DNA from: Podarcis filfolensis
Lineage: Eukaryota
Assembly: GCA_964270895.1 (NCBI GenBank)
Contig: OZ185438.1
Direction: 5' to 3' (one strand)
Length of the DNA stretch: 64,000 nt
Shown: piece by piece, positions 38,995 through 51,974 of the stretch
Layout: each line of letters opens with the position of its first letter
Numbering within the stretch: the stretch's first letter is position 1
The notes under the pieces: model-generated
Told to the model about the DNA's origin: nothing
What the model saw: the letters and a program-made list of their open reading frames with translations, nothing else
Database searches by the model: none
Translations under genes and position numbers: made by a program

Positions 38995-39952
38995 GTATCT
39001 GCTGTTTTTTATTCTTTTTTTCAAAATTATGTTATGTTGATTTCATAGGGTGCTCTCTATCTCTTGAATTATGCAAAATAACAAACACATGTTCCATATT
39101 TGCTGTATGCAAAATAATTCAACATTTTGTAAATGTCTCCAGAGTTCCCAGCTCGATGCCTCCTCCCAAGACCTCTCCACATACAGCATATCAGGGAGAC
39201 TAGATGCCTGGGAAATTTGTGCCTGCTGTCCCTACTCCAACTTCTGAGTATTCACCTACCTTTTCTGTACAGTGTTGTGTTTACATAAGCATAAGCTTTG
39301 TATGCAGAATCTGTTCACTGCAGCGTACAAATCATGCAGGCAGATCCTATATGTGTTCAGCTTCTGCACAGACAATGAGATTAATTTTCAGTGGTTTGGG
39401 TGGGGTCAACAGGTATGAGCTTTACACACACACCAGTGTTCATTCTCCCTGGTAAGTCAGTAGGGCTCCACTAGATTCTGATTGAAAGGGGGAAGATAGT
39501 TCCTCCCCTTTGTCCCTTTCCTGAGGTCCTGCTTCTGAAATCCCCCAAAAGGCCATTGATTTCATCAAGTGTTTTCTACACAAATGTCTTCAGAATTTTC
39601 CAAGTGAAACATCATTCATTGATATTGTTATGGATTCCTTTAAGTTCAATTGAAGCTTTTCATTAGATTGCGATGATCTCATAGGATTACAGAACTTGCT
39701 TCAGATGCAAAAGGTCAAAAATTCACAGCAGTGCCACAGCTTCATGAAGTTCACACACTATTGTTTCCAGAACAGGATCCTGATTTGACAATTATCTTTT
39801 CTTTTTCTGTAAATAAAATGTATGTCTACGTGACTACTTGGCTAACTATGAACTTTAATATTCCTAAACAGGCAAACCTGTCTTCAGAATCAATTGTAGA
39901 AGGCCCTGAGACAGGTTTGTGTGCGTGTGTAAATATTTAACAAAATTTAAAA

Positions 39953-40062
39953 AGCGGCTTAGTCATGCTGGCCACATGCTCGCCAATAAAGTGAGATGAG
40001 CGCCGCAACCCCAGAGTCGGTCACGACTGGACCTAATGGTCAGGGGTCCCTTTACCTTTACC
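39953..40062 (+). mobile_element. Sauria SINE 3' fragment with internal deletion
   Basis: AGCGGCTTAGTCATGCTGGCCACATG...GAGATGAGCGCCGCAACCCCAGAGTCGGTCACGACTGGACCTAATGGTCAGGGGTCCCTTTACCTTTACC, same subfamily as 5148-5480. Confidence 0.9.
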
Positions 40063-40475
40063 TAACTTAAATTTGCACCTTCTTACAATTTCTAGCGGAT
40101 GATTATTCTACTGTAAATGCATTATCTGTTAGTGTCAGAAAAGTTAGCTGATAAAAAAATAAAAGGGTTTTTCCACAACTTCCATTTCTCCCATTAATGA
40201 AACTTCATTGAGAATGACTGAATGGCTCCCTTTGCGGGCAGGATAAACTTACCTGCATTAGCAAATACACTTTTCTTTCAGTAAGCATGAATATATTTCC
40301 ATTGGCAAGAGACTCAAAAGTCACACAAGTTACTTTTACTACTGAAAATTTCTTAATGATTCTGTAAAATTTTAATTTGGCTGCATTCACATGCATACTA
40401 AGCTTGGTTTATGAAACCATACAGTTTGTGAATTGTTTGATACCCTGGATACCCCCACTTTTTCACTTTGCACGA

Positions 40476-40654
40476 GTGTGTAAACAAACCACAATGGGAC
40501 TAGTTTAACATTATGCCCAAATCTAGGATTGTGATTTAATTCTACCCCAACAAACCACAACAAACTAATAGTGATTATCATTTTGGCAAAACAATCCACA
40601 ATCCCAGGTTTGGATGTAATGATTAGCTAGTCCCTTTGTGGGTTGCTTACTCAC
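40476..40654. repeat. Long imperfect inverted repeat (old palindromic MITE-like)
   Basis: 40476-40503 vs 40627-40654 match at 24/28 as reverse complements. The inner segments CATTATGCCCAAATCTAGGATTGTG vs CACAATCCCAGGTTTGGATGTAATG match at 20/25. Confidence 0.7.
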
Positions 40655-40889
40655 TTGTACAAAGGAAGGAGTGAAGTGGCAGTGCTTGAGTTGCATGGAC
40701 TAGCACTCAGCTTATGCACAGTATGGATCAATAAACAAGGGTTTGTGACTTAGCGTTATGTGCAAACATGGCCATCATCTACGGTTACCTATTTCTACAA
40801 AGGTCATATGTTCCAGAGGTATAAGGAAAAGACACATCCAGGCAATTATGTTTCACACCTTAAGGAGCCATCCCTCTCCATTTCCTCAC

Positions 40890-41270
40890 TTGTTTTCGGA
40901 TGCTTGAGGAATTCCATCAAATTCTGATATGAATTTATCTGATCCATGCTAATGGGCAAATCAGAATATCTCTGCCTATCAAATTTTGCATTTATCTGAA
41001 TGTTATTATGCAACTCTTGCCTCTATATATCAAGACGTCTTTTAAAATGAGTATTTTGACATTAAATGCATTTAGAAAATGTGTGTTTTGAAAGAAAAAA
41101 CATGTTTATAAATACATATTGAGAAAATGGATTCAAAATTTCTTATTTAAATACATATTTAGATGCAAATTTTTATGCAGGTTTTTTTTTTAAAAAAATC
41201 AGCCGATTAATGTGGAAATGAGAGAAAAATGCAAGAGTGACACAGAATGGAAACAAACTGATCTTAATAT
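40890..41270 (+). mobile_element. AT-rich DNA-transposon-like repeat, copy 3
   Basis: Shares AAATTTTGCA..., AAAATG.GT.TTTTG and ATGTGGAAATG...AACTGA blocks with the 18947 copy. Confidence 0.4.
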
Positions 41271-42402
41271 ACTGTTTTAAGGTTTAGGTGTAAGGGATGG
41301 TTAGAGAGGGATGTAAGAGACTAGTTAGTTACAACCAGTCATTGAAAAAGGAAGTGGAACATTGTGTTTTAATCTAATTATTCAACTTAAAACAAAATTT
41401 CTACACTACGTTGCCCTGAGCCACCCAAATATAAAGCATAAATATATAACATGTCACCCAAAGGTTAACTATTTTTATTTCCCAAGATGACTAGATACCA
41501 ATCCATCACCGGAGGCACTTTTAAACCACAGCCATTTATTCAAACAAATGAATTGGTTTTAGCTGAAGCATGGCTAATGGGAACTGTAAATTAGCTCGCT
41601 CAAGAATAGCCACAAAGCCTGCCAGATGGGACACTGAAAGAGAAATGAACATGTGTGTCATCATGTACGGAAATCACATCAGGAGATCGGCTGCAGTTGC
41701 AAAGAGAGGAAGCATGTCTATAATTGTCCAAAAGCACTTTATTCCTTTAATGCTGCTTCTATGATTTGAGCACACTTGAGGAGACAAAAGAGGGTGGGGA
41801 AAGCAGTTGAATTATTAATTTTGTGCAGACCCTGATAGTTTAGGACTACCGAGGACTTCAAAGAACTCATGGAAAGAAGGCAGCTAGACAACTTCATCAG
41901 GGTCCAGTAACACATGAAATATGAGCCCAGGAGTGAAGATTCCCTAGCACAGGTGGAAGATAGGGCAGTTTGAAGGAAAAACAGAAGGGAAGGCAGGGGT
42001 CTTAAGAGGTCACTGGTAAAAAGGCAGTAGAGGAAAAATTAGCAATGGTAATAACTTGCTACTCCTGAGGGGAAGAAGAGACTTCTGATACATTTCTGCA
42101 CTCCATCTGTTACCTTTTACACATGAAAAGAAAACTATTTACAAATACATATAATGTTTTCTTCACATCAAACAGTAGACAGGTAGCCTCATAGTCGAGT
42201 GATGGAATGAGGAGCTATCAGCACTGTTCTGCTTTATGGAAATGGGTGTTCTGTTTTAGATGTCAGGGGCTGCAATGGAACCTTCCATGTTGACAGGTGT
42301 CAGAAAGTGCATATCCCTTATGATCTAACCTACCAGGCGATGCCAACACAGCATTGGATTCCTTCCCTATGGAAGCAAAAACAAACTAAGATCCATACGT
42401 GA

Positions 42403-42504
42403 CAGGGGTGGGGAAACTGTGGCTCTCCAGATGCTGTTGGACTCCGGGTCCCATCAGCCTCAGCAAGCATGGGGCAAATGTTAGGGGTGATGGGAGGTAT
42501 AGTC
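42403..42504. mobile_element. Palindromic hAT-type MITE, truncated
   Basis: CAGGGGTGGGGAAACTGTGGCTCTCCAGATGCTGTTGGACT...GGGGTGATGGGAGGTATAGTC. Confidence 0.7.
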
Positions 42505-43039
42505 TTTGCTGCAAGACCTGCTCCCTGCTTGGCTGGCCTTTTCCTATCTGGCCTGGTACACTCTGGCTGCAAAACGTCTGCTTCTGCCAAAGGAACCCTT
42601 GCTTTGAGTCCTGCAAGACCTGCTGCTCAAGCTGTCTAGAGACCATTGGGGTGGGGTATTGTTTGGGAGTTTTTGCTGGGGTGAAGATTTAATTTTTGAA
42701 ATATTTAAATTTTGGTGTTATTGGTATTGTGTGTTTATACCTTCCTTGATAGACCTTATTATGTGAGGATTGTTTAGTTTCATTGCATACTTATTGTGAA
42801 GTTTTTATTTACTGTTTATGACTACTTAAATGCTATTTTTGTAATTCTGTAAATCTTTCGATATTGTAAGCTAACAAGCATGGTTTAACCTTGGAAAGGT
42901 GCATACAAATAAACAATGATGAAGATAGTCCAGCAACATCTGGAGGACCTGAGTTTTTCTATATGACAAAAGTGACCAGGGCAATAATTGTCTGATCACA
43001 GATATCCCCTTACTGAATGCTCCAGCTGGAATTTGCCAT

Positions 43040-43250
43040 TCAGCATCATATGCTTTTGGATAAGACTGATGATCTATATCCAATCTGCTTTGAAATCTGG
43101 TTCAGCACTGAAACAACTTTGGTTGCCCTGATGCTGGGATAAAGACAGGGAGAGTATGATCTTGTTAATTCTCCTAGCTCTCTTAGGTGCTTTTGACACC
43201 ATCAAGCTTGGCATCTTTCTGGGTTGAGGATTGGGTGCTCCTATCATCAT
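43040..43250 (+). mobile_element. L2 LINE reverse-transcriptase fragment, decayed
   Basis: Degenerate QS.F..GFSTETTLVAL...DRESMILLILL.L..AFDTI, matching the RT motif 'QSGFR..HSTETAL...D.G...LLDLSAAFDT.DH'. Confidence 0.75.
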
Positions 43251-43289
43251 TGAGCTCCTCTGCATGTTTTATTTTCTCAGGTAAGCACT

Positions 43290-43726
43290 CCTTGATCCAC
43301 TCCCACAGTCTTCCTTTAGCATAGATTCCCTGCCTTATGGAATTTCTTCTCCACTCCCTGCAACCCACTATTGGGGGTTTCTTGGCCCTGTGACCTTCCT
43401 TTCCAACTCCTGCTACTTCTGTTCCTTCCCTTCTGAGGCAAAGCTTCTCTCCAGCTCATCCCTCTGTCCCTGTGCTCCTCTAGGCTCTTTCTCTTGCAAA
43501 ATCTCCTTTCTCTACCCTCCACCTTTCTGACTCCGGCCTCTCCAGAGCTATCACCCTACCTGCTTTGTCTCTCTCAGTTTGGGACTCTCCTGGGAAGTGC
43601 AGCCAGCTGCATTTTTATTCTTCAGCCATGTGCACATTCCTCAGTTCTGACTGTGGTGCCGGGAGGATGCCTCCCTTCCGGAAGGCTCATCAATCCTGCT
43701 GGCAGCTGCGGAGCTGGTTCCTGACA
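43290..43726 (-). mobile_element. Possible solo LTR (Gypsy/ERV-like)
   Basis: The minus strand begins TGTCAGGAACC, is purine-rich and contains an ATAAAA box. I could not define the 3' end or a TSD. Confidence 0.3.
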
Positions 43727-43919
43727 TGGATTATCACCCAATAACAATCTGATTTAATAACATGTCCATTGGTTAAGACTTCCTCTGTACCTTGGGCATT
43801 TTGTGCCTGGCTTATGCCAACTTTAGTACTCGTACCTATTTTCATCTCACCCGGTGTACCAGTGGATATATCACTGTCTAAATAAATCTCCAATCCTGTT
43901 TGAATCTCATTAATCACTT

Positions 43920-44240
43920 AGCCTCAATTACATCTCTTGACAGTGAGTTCCACCGATGCACGTTTACACACTGTGTACAAGTACACTTCCTTTACAAAGC
44001 TGCATTTTTAATATTTAAATTTAATTGATGTTCCTCTTTTGTGTTCTGCTCGGAAAGTAAATAGAAGCTGTTGGTTGACCTTCACGATTCTGTTCATTAT
44101 TTTCACACCTCTATCACGTCTCCTCTTATTTGTCTCTGCTGAAGTAAATACGACTAATCTTCTTAATCTCTCTTTATAAGGAAGCCTGTTAAAGACTCTA
44201 ATCATCCCCGTTGCCCTTCTCTTAGTTCTTTCTATTTTTA
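43920..44240 (-). mobile_element. CR1 LINE ORF2 C-terminal fragment
   Basis: ORF 44008-44205 (MIRVFNRLPYKERLRRLVVFTSAETNKRRRDRGVKIMNRIVKVNQQLLF...RGTSIKF) matches the CR1 pattern 'MI.GL..LPYEERL..LGLFSLEKRR.RGD....YKIM....KV....LF....TRGH..KL'. Confidence 0.85.
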
Positions 44241-44722
44241 CTGTCTATCCTTTTGGAGAAAGGGTGTGTGTAGCATCTTTGAGCATAGTATACAAAACAC
44301 ATTTCTTATTCATTTTATAACAGTTGCTTATCTCACCCTCCCAATACCCTTCTTTCCCCCTGGTTTCTTTTAAAAGACATGCATTATGCAGGGTAGTAAA
44401 TGACTGGAAAAGTAGGTGCAGAAAAAACTATAAATTGTAGATGACAAACCTGAAACATGGGTGCCAAAAGTGGAATAGGCAGCAAGGTGGTAACAGGATC
44501 AGTACTGTTCATGGATTAGCTATGAAATTGAACCAGGCATGCACTGGTGCTTTTTTTTTTTTTACTTGCACAGTTGTCAGGGGGGCACCTATGCATTGTA
44601 GCACACACTGCACTGGTGCTATATCATACTTTGGATAAATTGTAGCGATGCCATTGGAGTTTTAATTATCTGATTTGAAATATGAATTTGTTGAGCTGCT
44701 AATAGCCAGATACCTCTATGCT

Positions 44723-45254
44723 TGTGGGCTACCCAATGACATGTGGGCCTGCCACAGGGGCAGACCTTGCTATGGAAGGTGTCAAGTCAGTGTATTCAGG
44801 GCCAGGCAGAAATTTGCTTTCAGACAAATTGGGCCTTTCTGGGGGTTTCACCTACCTCACAGCAAGTCTCACAACTTTATGGTGAATCCATTGGGCTGGA
44901 TCTTTAATTGAACCAGACAGGGGGTGCCCCTTGCTCCTCAGGATCAAGGTATCCCTTTAATGGGATCCTGGGGGAAGTGGTTTTATCCTGATGCCCAGAT
45001 GGGAGCTGACAGGCCATAGGACACCAAGTGGTGACCTTGAGGGGGTTGCCCTGATTTGATGTTCTCCATAGGGCAACCCTTAACCATGTCTAGCATCCAC
45101 CAGCAATCAAGCTGGTTGATGTCAGGATATGCACCCAATGCTGATGCCAAAACCTGCTAACTTCTATAATCAATAAAAGTTGTGGCCTGTATGAAATCCC
45201 GATATGGTTGTCTTTAGTTACAACTAATATCATGACTGCTCCATCCTATCCACA
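44723..45254 (+). mobile_element. Probable solo LTR, about 530 bp
   Basis: TGTGG...CCACA terminal inverted 5-mer (TG...CA) and an AATAAAAGTTGTGGCC poly(A)-type signal about 80 bp from the end. No TSD match (ATGCT vs GATCC). Confidence 0.45.
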
Positions 45255-45347
45255 GATCCATTGCGCCTGGGCTTCATTGAGGCTTCATTGAGTCAATAGG
45301 ACTTACTTCTAGCTAAGTGTGCAGGACTTAGTTGTGATGCATGTGTG

Positions 45348-45505
45348 AAACATGGATCCTTATAGTATTGGTCCATCTAATTTGCTATTGGCCTGACTGA
45401 CTGGCAGTGACTCTCCAGAATTTGAGGCAGGAACTTTCCCTACCTGAAGACACCAGAGACTATATGTTGGACCTTCTGAATACAAAGCATTTGCTCCACC
45501 ACTGC
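45348..45505 (-). mobile_element. tRNA-derived squamate SINE, decayed
   Basis: TTGGTCCATCTA...GACTGACTGGCAGTGACTCTCCAG...GGACCTTCTG..TACAAAGCATTTGCTCCACCACTG. Confidence 0.65.
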
Positions 45506-48500
45506 AAAAGGAGAAACTTTGAAAATAACAACAGGCAAAACAAAACTACTAAGGCTGCAATGAATCAGTGATACCATTTGGGTCAATTCCATTTTTCCCC
45601 TGCAAACACAAGGGTGCTGTTTTCCTCTAAGGCACTGAAACCCTCTTGTGTTTCTGAGAGAGGCCCCAGTGGTGGCTGAATTTCCAAGCAGCTCGCCAAC
45701 ATCACTGGTTCTAAAACTAAAATTCCAGGGGCAGGGTACTGGTAAAATGAAAAGCATATGAGTGTGTGTGCTTCAACATTACAAGCTGGTAGATAATCCT
45801 TAGTAAACAAATAAGCTTTGTTCAAACACATGCCTAGAAATTCATAAATATCAAACTGATTCCATAGAGCTGAAGGGAGTTCTCCCTTCAATTTTGAACT
45901 ATAGTACAGTTGCTAAGAAAGTACCCTACCACTTTAATACTCTTGCTGTATTGATATTGACTCTTTTCCCTATCTTTTGCTTTGAAAAAACAGGGATCAA
46001 TCGGCTAAACTAAACAGTTTCAACTGGAGAAATTTCAGTATAGACCACTCCTCCTCTTCTAATGTCAGGATTGTAACCAAATTGTTTTGTGGATACAATC
46101 ATTTTCCATGGTTGCAAAGAACCTTTGGGGAAGCAGTTCAGTTCTACAATGCACCCAGCTTCCTTTCATGTGTATGGTGTATTTCGTGTGTATCACATGT
46201 GCTCTCTCTGCATGCTTTCCCTGGGGCTATGATCATGAGAAGTTTCCTTCCCTGTCACATGTACTGTATGTTGAAATCTGTGATCTACTATTAATAAAAA
46301 CAGGTAGTGTGCGAACTGAAAATGGGAGTGGGTTTTGAAAGCATATTTTTAGAAATACAATAAATGTTTTCCTTTCATTTCCTTTCAAATGTGCCTGCAT
46401 TCTCAATGTTTCATTTTTCTTCTTTTTAATGGTTAAGAAAAAACTGATAACCAAAATTTTTAGATTCCCAATAGAAATAGATATACACACACCACTACCA
46501 ACAAACCCTGGTTTCATTCATCAAAACTTGCTTTTCTTTTTTTAGAAAATAGAAAGAATTTTATCAGGGTGGGAAATCTTTCATAATTTTTTATTTGGAG
46601 GAATGATTGTTTGAAAAAAGAAAACTGTTTCCATTAGAAAACTTTTGATGGACTCATGGTAGATGTGGCTCTGTAGGTAGCAATATACTTAGAATGAAGC
46701 AATACATTTAGAGGAGAGCCAGGGAGGATAATCAATCTAGAGGCTGGCTTATCAGATGAGAGTGTTGGTCTTCTGTGCATTTATGAGGGATAGACCTGCT
46801 TAGTATTTTGCTCATGATGTGTTCTCCTACCTCTGTGAACCAAAATGACTCTCCTCTGATTCTAGAGTATGCATCTTAATTTAGCTTGCTCACAAATACC
46901 TTGTTAAACAATAGCCCAGCCTCTAGAGATCACACCAAGAGTTCAGTTTCACACCCCTGTCAATTCTCTGTACTGTACCCAAGCGAAAGTAAGGGGTTCA
47001 GGTTACACTGGCCATAAAGTCGATTAATCTCTGAATGAATGTGTATTTTTGCAACATATCCAGCTCCATCAGCAACGTAGCATTTCCATTATTTTCCTTA
47101 AGGCAAGCCATGTAAAGAGTATACATAATCATCAAAGGCTGCCACTACTATAAACAATCAGAGCACAGCTAAGCCTCTGAAAGTCCAAGTATGTACGTGA
47201 TGGCAATTTATTAAGACAGGAAGTAAACTTCACAAAATTATCTTCTCCCACAATGAATGTGAACACAGTGAACTATTTACCATGTAGGAGTTCACTATGG
47301 TATGCACATGACCACTTAGTAAGCAAGATTTCTACAGCATCTTTCCGAGAATGAAGAATTATATACATAACAGGTGCAGCAATCTTTTAGTGTGAGAGAA
47401 AAAATTCAAATAAAGAATAAATCATAGTTTGGCAAGCACATAAAAATAAACAAAAAGAAAGTCCATACACATTATCTCATTGATTCTTAGGCCTTCACCA
47501 AACTTCTCACTTTATAAACAGATGTTGTGTATTCTATAGCTTCAGGTTTTAGGTCATATAGCAAGCAGCTTCCTATCTCAAGCATTATGTTGTTGTTGGC
47601 ATTTGTCTGTCTTGGGAGAAAACGGAATGCCCCTCCAGGGGTGCACTGCCGTGTTAGCAGCACCCTGCCTGGGGCACAAGTTTGGGCAGTGTATATGGAG
47701 GTCCTGGGCTGCCCAGATAGGACCCCCCCTTCCTTGCCTCACTGATATGGTCCAAAGAAAAGAAGAGCAATATGTTTGGCACCAGCTTGCCTGCAGGAGG
47801 TGCTCTCATCTTAAAGAGGGGAAAAAACCATTCTGTGTTTCAGCAGAGAAAGCTAAGAAAACAAAGCAAAAAAATACAGTTGAAAGAGCAACAACACCAA
47901 ACTTACACTGGCACCCTCTATGGCAGCACAGGTTGCAGACTGCACTGTGGGAAGAAGGGGAGACAAGTGAAGTAGCTAACCCAGCTTCTCCTTTGATATT
48001 CCTCACTACCACTAAGTGGATATTTTTATTCCCTGGATGCTTCCACTGAAGGACCCTTTAACCTCTGGAATTTGGCCCAGACGACTCTCTGTGCTGGGCA
48101 AGGTGGTCAGATAATTAAGCATGGGGTGAAGAACAAGGCCTTAAAGATTTTTTTTTCATCCAAGAAACAACTTTAGCTTTTACTAAAGGCATTTGAAAGG
48201 CAGCCACTTAAAGTTATTGCAAAGATTTTTTTATTTTAGTTTTAGAAAATTCTTGAACAGTTTGAAAAGTCAACCATTAAGAACCAAATGGAAGTAATCC
48301 ATTTAGCAGGAATCATCCTGCTAAAATGAACTGGACTGTTTCCCTGCCCAAGCCAATCCTTGGCAGTACTTCAGTTCTTGGGCTGAACTTTTTACCCTTC
48401 TGTAAACTTTTGAATGTTCTGATCACAACAAGTCTGCAAAGTAGAAAACAACCATATAACAAAAAGTGCAAAATAAAATGCTGGAATAATTATATTCCTT

Positions 48501-49644
48501 CTCATCAAAGCTAGGTTTTCCTCATCAAAGTCACCAAAAGATTGTTCATCTTTGGAAGAGGCAACCTTACAACCTGTGCATTTGCCTGAACCATAGTGAA
48601 CCTTCTTCACACTGTCTAATTTCATCAGGAACAGAAATGCTGGTAAACAGCATCCAACATCTCCAAAAAGTCTAACCAGGTAACAAATGGACAAACCATC
48701 AAGATAAATGGGAGACTGATAGTTCGCTACAAGTACCTCTGCTGCCCCTGTAAAGGGGTTGGGGAGTTTTGCTTTTATTTGGACCAAATTTTCATTTTCA
48801 TTTGACAAATCCCTCCCAAACATGTGATTGTCCACACAAAACCAAGCAAGGTTTTAAAAAATGGCTGCAGTTTTCTTCAAAATTAGGACTAATCTGCTGT
48901 GTATAGCAGTGATGTCACCACATGGGGTTATCCTCCACTGCAAATAATTGGCTGCCACATCAGGAGGAGGCCAAAGAAATCAAATGGGTAAGTGGCCTTA
49001 AGAATTTGCTGTGGGTAAGAGAACCAGATATGGGCCTTCCATTTTCTGTAGCAGTCCCAGTTCTAGAGTAATGTCTATTTACACACTCTGAGAATTGGGA
49101 TCCCTCTTTGGTTTGAACAAGGCATACTGACTGATATAAATGAAGATAATGTCTCCTTGTGTGTCCTCTGAAGAGAACAAGTGCTTGGGATCATCTTGGT
49201 TCCCTTTAGAATAAAGCTGTGAAATTATAGCAAATTTCATACAGCATTAACTCTTTGACATGGCTTCTGTGGATGTTGTTATGTGCCAGTCCTTCCTAAA
49301 GAAAAGCTGGGGTTTCCACACAATAAGTCCAAAAGTTTAATGCCTATACTTGATGATTAGGAGTGTTCCTTATTAAATCCTCTTGCCTGCAATGGTACAT
49401 AGTGACTGTGGATATGACTGGAGCCAAGGTAAGCATGTTAAGAGTTTTTGTTAAGCACACTCCCCAAATGAGGAATCTTCTCCCTTATTTAGGCACACTG
49501 GAATAGGGTAAACGAAGGGAAATAAGATTTATAAATTAGAAAGAATGAGTGGCGGAAATTAAGAGGGATGTATATACATTAGTAGACAGTCAGCCTTTGT
49601 AGTCAGCATAGGTATCAGCTAGCCTAGTCATTGTTGGTATTGTC

Positions 49645-49845
49645 ATCATCATCATAATCTATTTATGGTCAATTTCATGCAAGGTGTTCGAGGCAGCATA
49701 CGGAGGTCTTTCCCCATTTTATCTTCACAACTCTATCAAGTAGGTTATGTTGGAAGATGGTGACCAGCCCACACGAGCTTCATATCTAACTGAGGATCTG
49801 AACCCGTGTCTTTCTGGTACTAAGCTGACACTCTAACCACTAAAT
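49645..49845 (-). mobile_element. MIR/Ther1-derived SINE (Squam3-like)
   Basis: CATTTTATCTTCACAAC...GTAGGTTA...GTGACCAGCCCA...TGAACCCGTGTCTT...ACACTCTAACCACT. Confidence 0.65.
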
Positions 49846-50405
49846 CACATTGTCATTGGCCATCACCATTTCTGCCTGGTCAGGCCACTCCTACTGTAGA
49901 CTGCTGCGATTGGATGTGACTTGAAATTACAAAGTAGGCATCTACTTTTCTATGATACTCACCTAGTCCTGCTACTGTGCACCAAGTATAGTTTACAATG
50001 CAACATTTATGGGTCAGTATATTTCCACACAGGTATCTATCTTATAGACAGCCTCCTGTGTAGCCACCACTGAAATTAATAAGAGCTATTTTCCCACCAC
50101 TTGTTCTACTGGTGGTCTTGTGTGCATGCCAAGTCTATCAATGTGGTTTTAAAAGGAGGTTATCTGTTGGAGTGAATTTTAAGATAACATTTGCATCAAA
50201 GGGCCTTTGGAAGCTGAAAAGCACAAGCATTTAGGTATGGCTCGAAGAAATGTCCGATTGGGCAACATGCACTGAAAGAAAAATTGCTATGGGATTTATG
50301 TGTTCACTCTGCCCACAAGGTTGAATCTGAACTGCTGCACTTTTCAGCAATCGGAGGAGCAAGTAGTAGATACCAAAATCATACAGTGAATCATTTGAGT
50401 CTAAA

Positions 50406-50407
<2 letters not shown>

Positions 50408-50447
<40 letters not shown>
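50408..50447. repeat. (GA)n microsatellite
   Basis: About 20 units. Confidence 0.97.
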
Positions 50448-50450
<3 letters not shown>

Positions 50451-51974
50451 TAAGAAATGTACTACTAATTATTTTCTGTGGTGGAAATAGAAAACCACTA
50501 GAAACTCTATAGAATGGAAGGGAAATCTGGTATAGTAAACATTGTAATATGGACAGACTATCTTTAGAAACCGTAAATTTGGGTGGGCAAAAGGTAGATC
50601 GTTATCCACTTGTAGATATTTGGGTGATTTAAAGAAGGTCAGCAAGGATTTTTAACTCCCAACTATTTAACCATGGCAACAAAGAGAGCTTCCAGATTAC
50701 CTGTTTATTGAACATTCATCCTGATTTGTTTGCAAGTTTAGACAACGTCTATCAGCTATTTAGTGAGCATTCACTCTGAATGTAATAATCTCCTTAGTTA
50801 TAAATGGATGCTTATATTGTCTGTAACATCAGGTTCCTATTATGCAATGTCATTAAAACCCCGTTTCAGGATATTTGTGGTGGCACATCCTGCTGCAATT
50901 GTAATTGTTGGTGGAATTTTTACATGGCCACTTTTTGGACCCAATGAATCCATGCTGAAAATGGATTTTCCCAACATTGCCAACAAAGCAGTAGTTCTGA
51001 TCAGATCAGGGGTTCTGTGAGGGAGCTCCCCTAAGGTTAGCTGACTCTCAAGTCAAACTTTACTTGTGCCTTAAGGAGTCCTAAAAGCTGCAGACAAACA
51101 TAGGAATATCAATGAGAGTGGTAGTCCAGTGGCCATTTAGCTGTTGTTCTCTTGGGGACAGCACTATCTATTGATCTCAGGGTTAAAAAAGACAAAAAGC
51201 TATATGGATGTTCCAAGGGCTTCGGTCCACTCCTAATAATAGCTCAAAGTGCTGGGTTACTTCTCAAACATCTTGAAAAAAGAGCAGCAAGCACACCACT
51301 AAATCAAACCAGAGAAGGCTTAAAATGGGTTTTGAAACAAGTCTTGTGTGGGAAACAAATGCAGTGAGGTCAAGATGCCAAGAGGTACAAAGGCCAAAGG
51401 CCCACAAGGCTATAAAACTAACTGAATTATCCAGAAATTAACACATTGGGGTCACTCGGAAGACGTGGGACTTAATGATGGAAGGTTATTAGGTAAAACC
51501 CAGGTGGTTTCTCAAAGCTGCTGTTTTGCAGTGAGCAATGGCACAGTTATATGGAGCAGCTGTGTCTGTGGGAACTGCATGTTTCAGAAAGAAACAGACT
51601 TGTTTAATGGCTAGTGGAAATGAAAGGTTATTGACAAAAGATTTAAGGTCAAATTAGATGTGATGTCACATGCTTAGCATGTAACATCCTTTTTTTTTAA
51701 AAAAAAAAATCACTAAAGGGAGGGTACTCATAACTATTTGGGATCCCAGCAGGCAGGGAGAGAGATTTAACCCTTTTCTCCATTTCTAACATGCTGACAA
51801 GTGTCTGGATCACGTTGCTGCCTTGGAAGAAAACCCCTCACTAGTACCAATGCAAATTGCACCTTCCAGTGTGCAAATTTCATCGGTGCAACATATGGAC
51901 CTGGCTAAGTTTGACATCTTCAGGGAAGGTCCTTCTCTCAGTCCTTCCACCTTCAAAGGCACACTTGGTGGGGA

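Noticed and set aside
48392-48835. 147-aa ORF with an acidic patch (DEQSFGDFDEEN)
   Set aside because: No recognisable homology and no convincing flanking splice signals.
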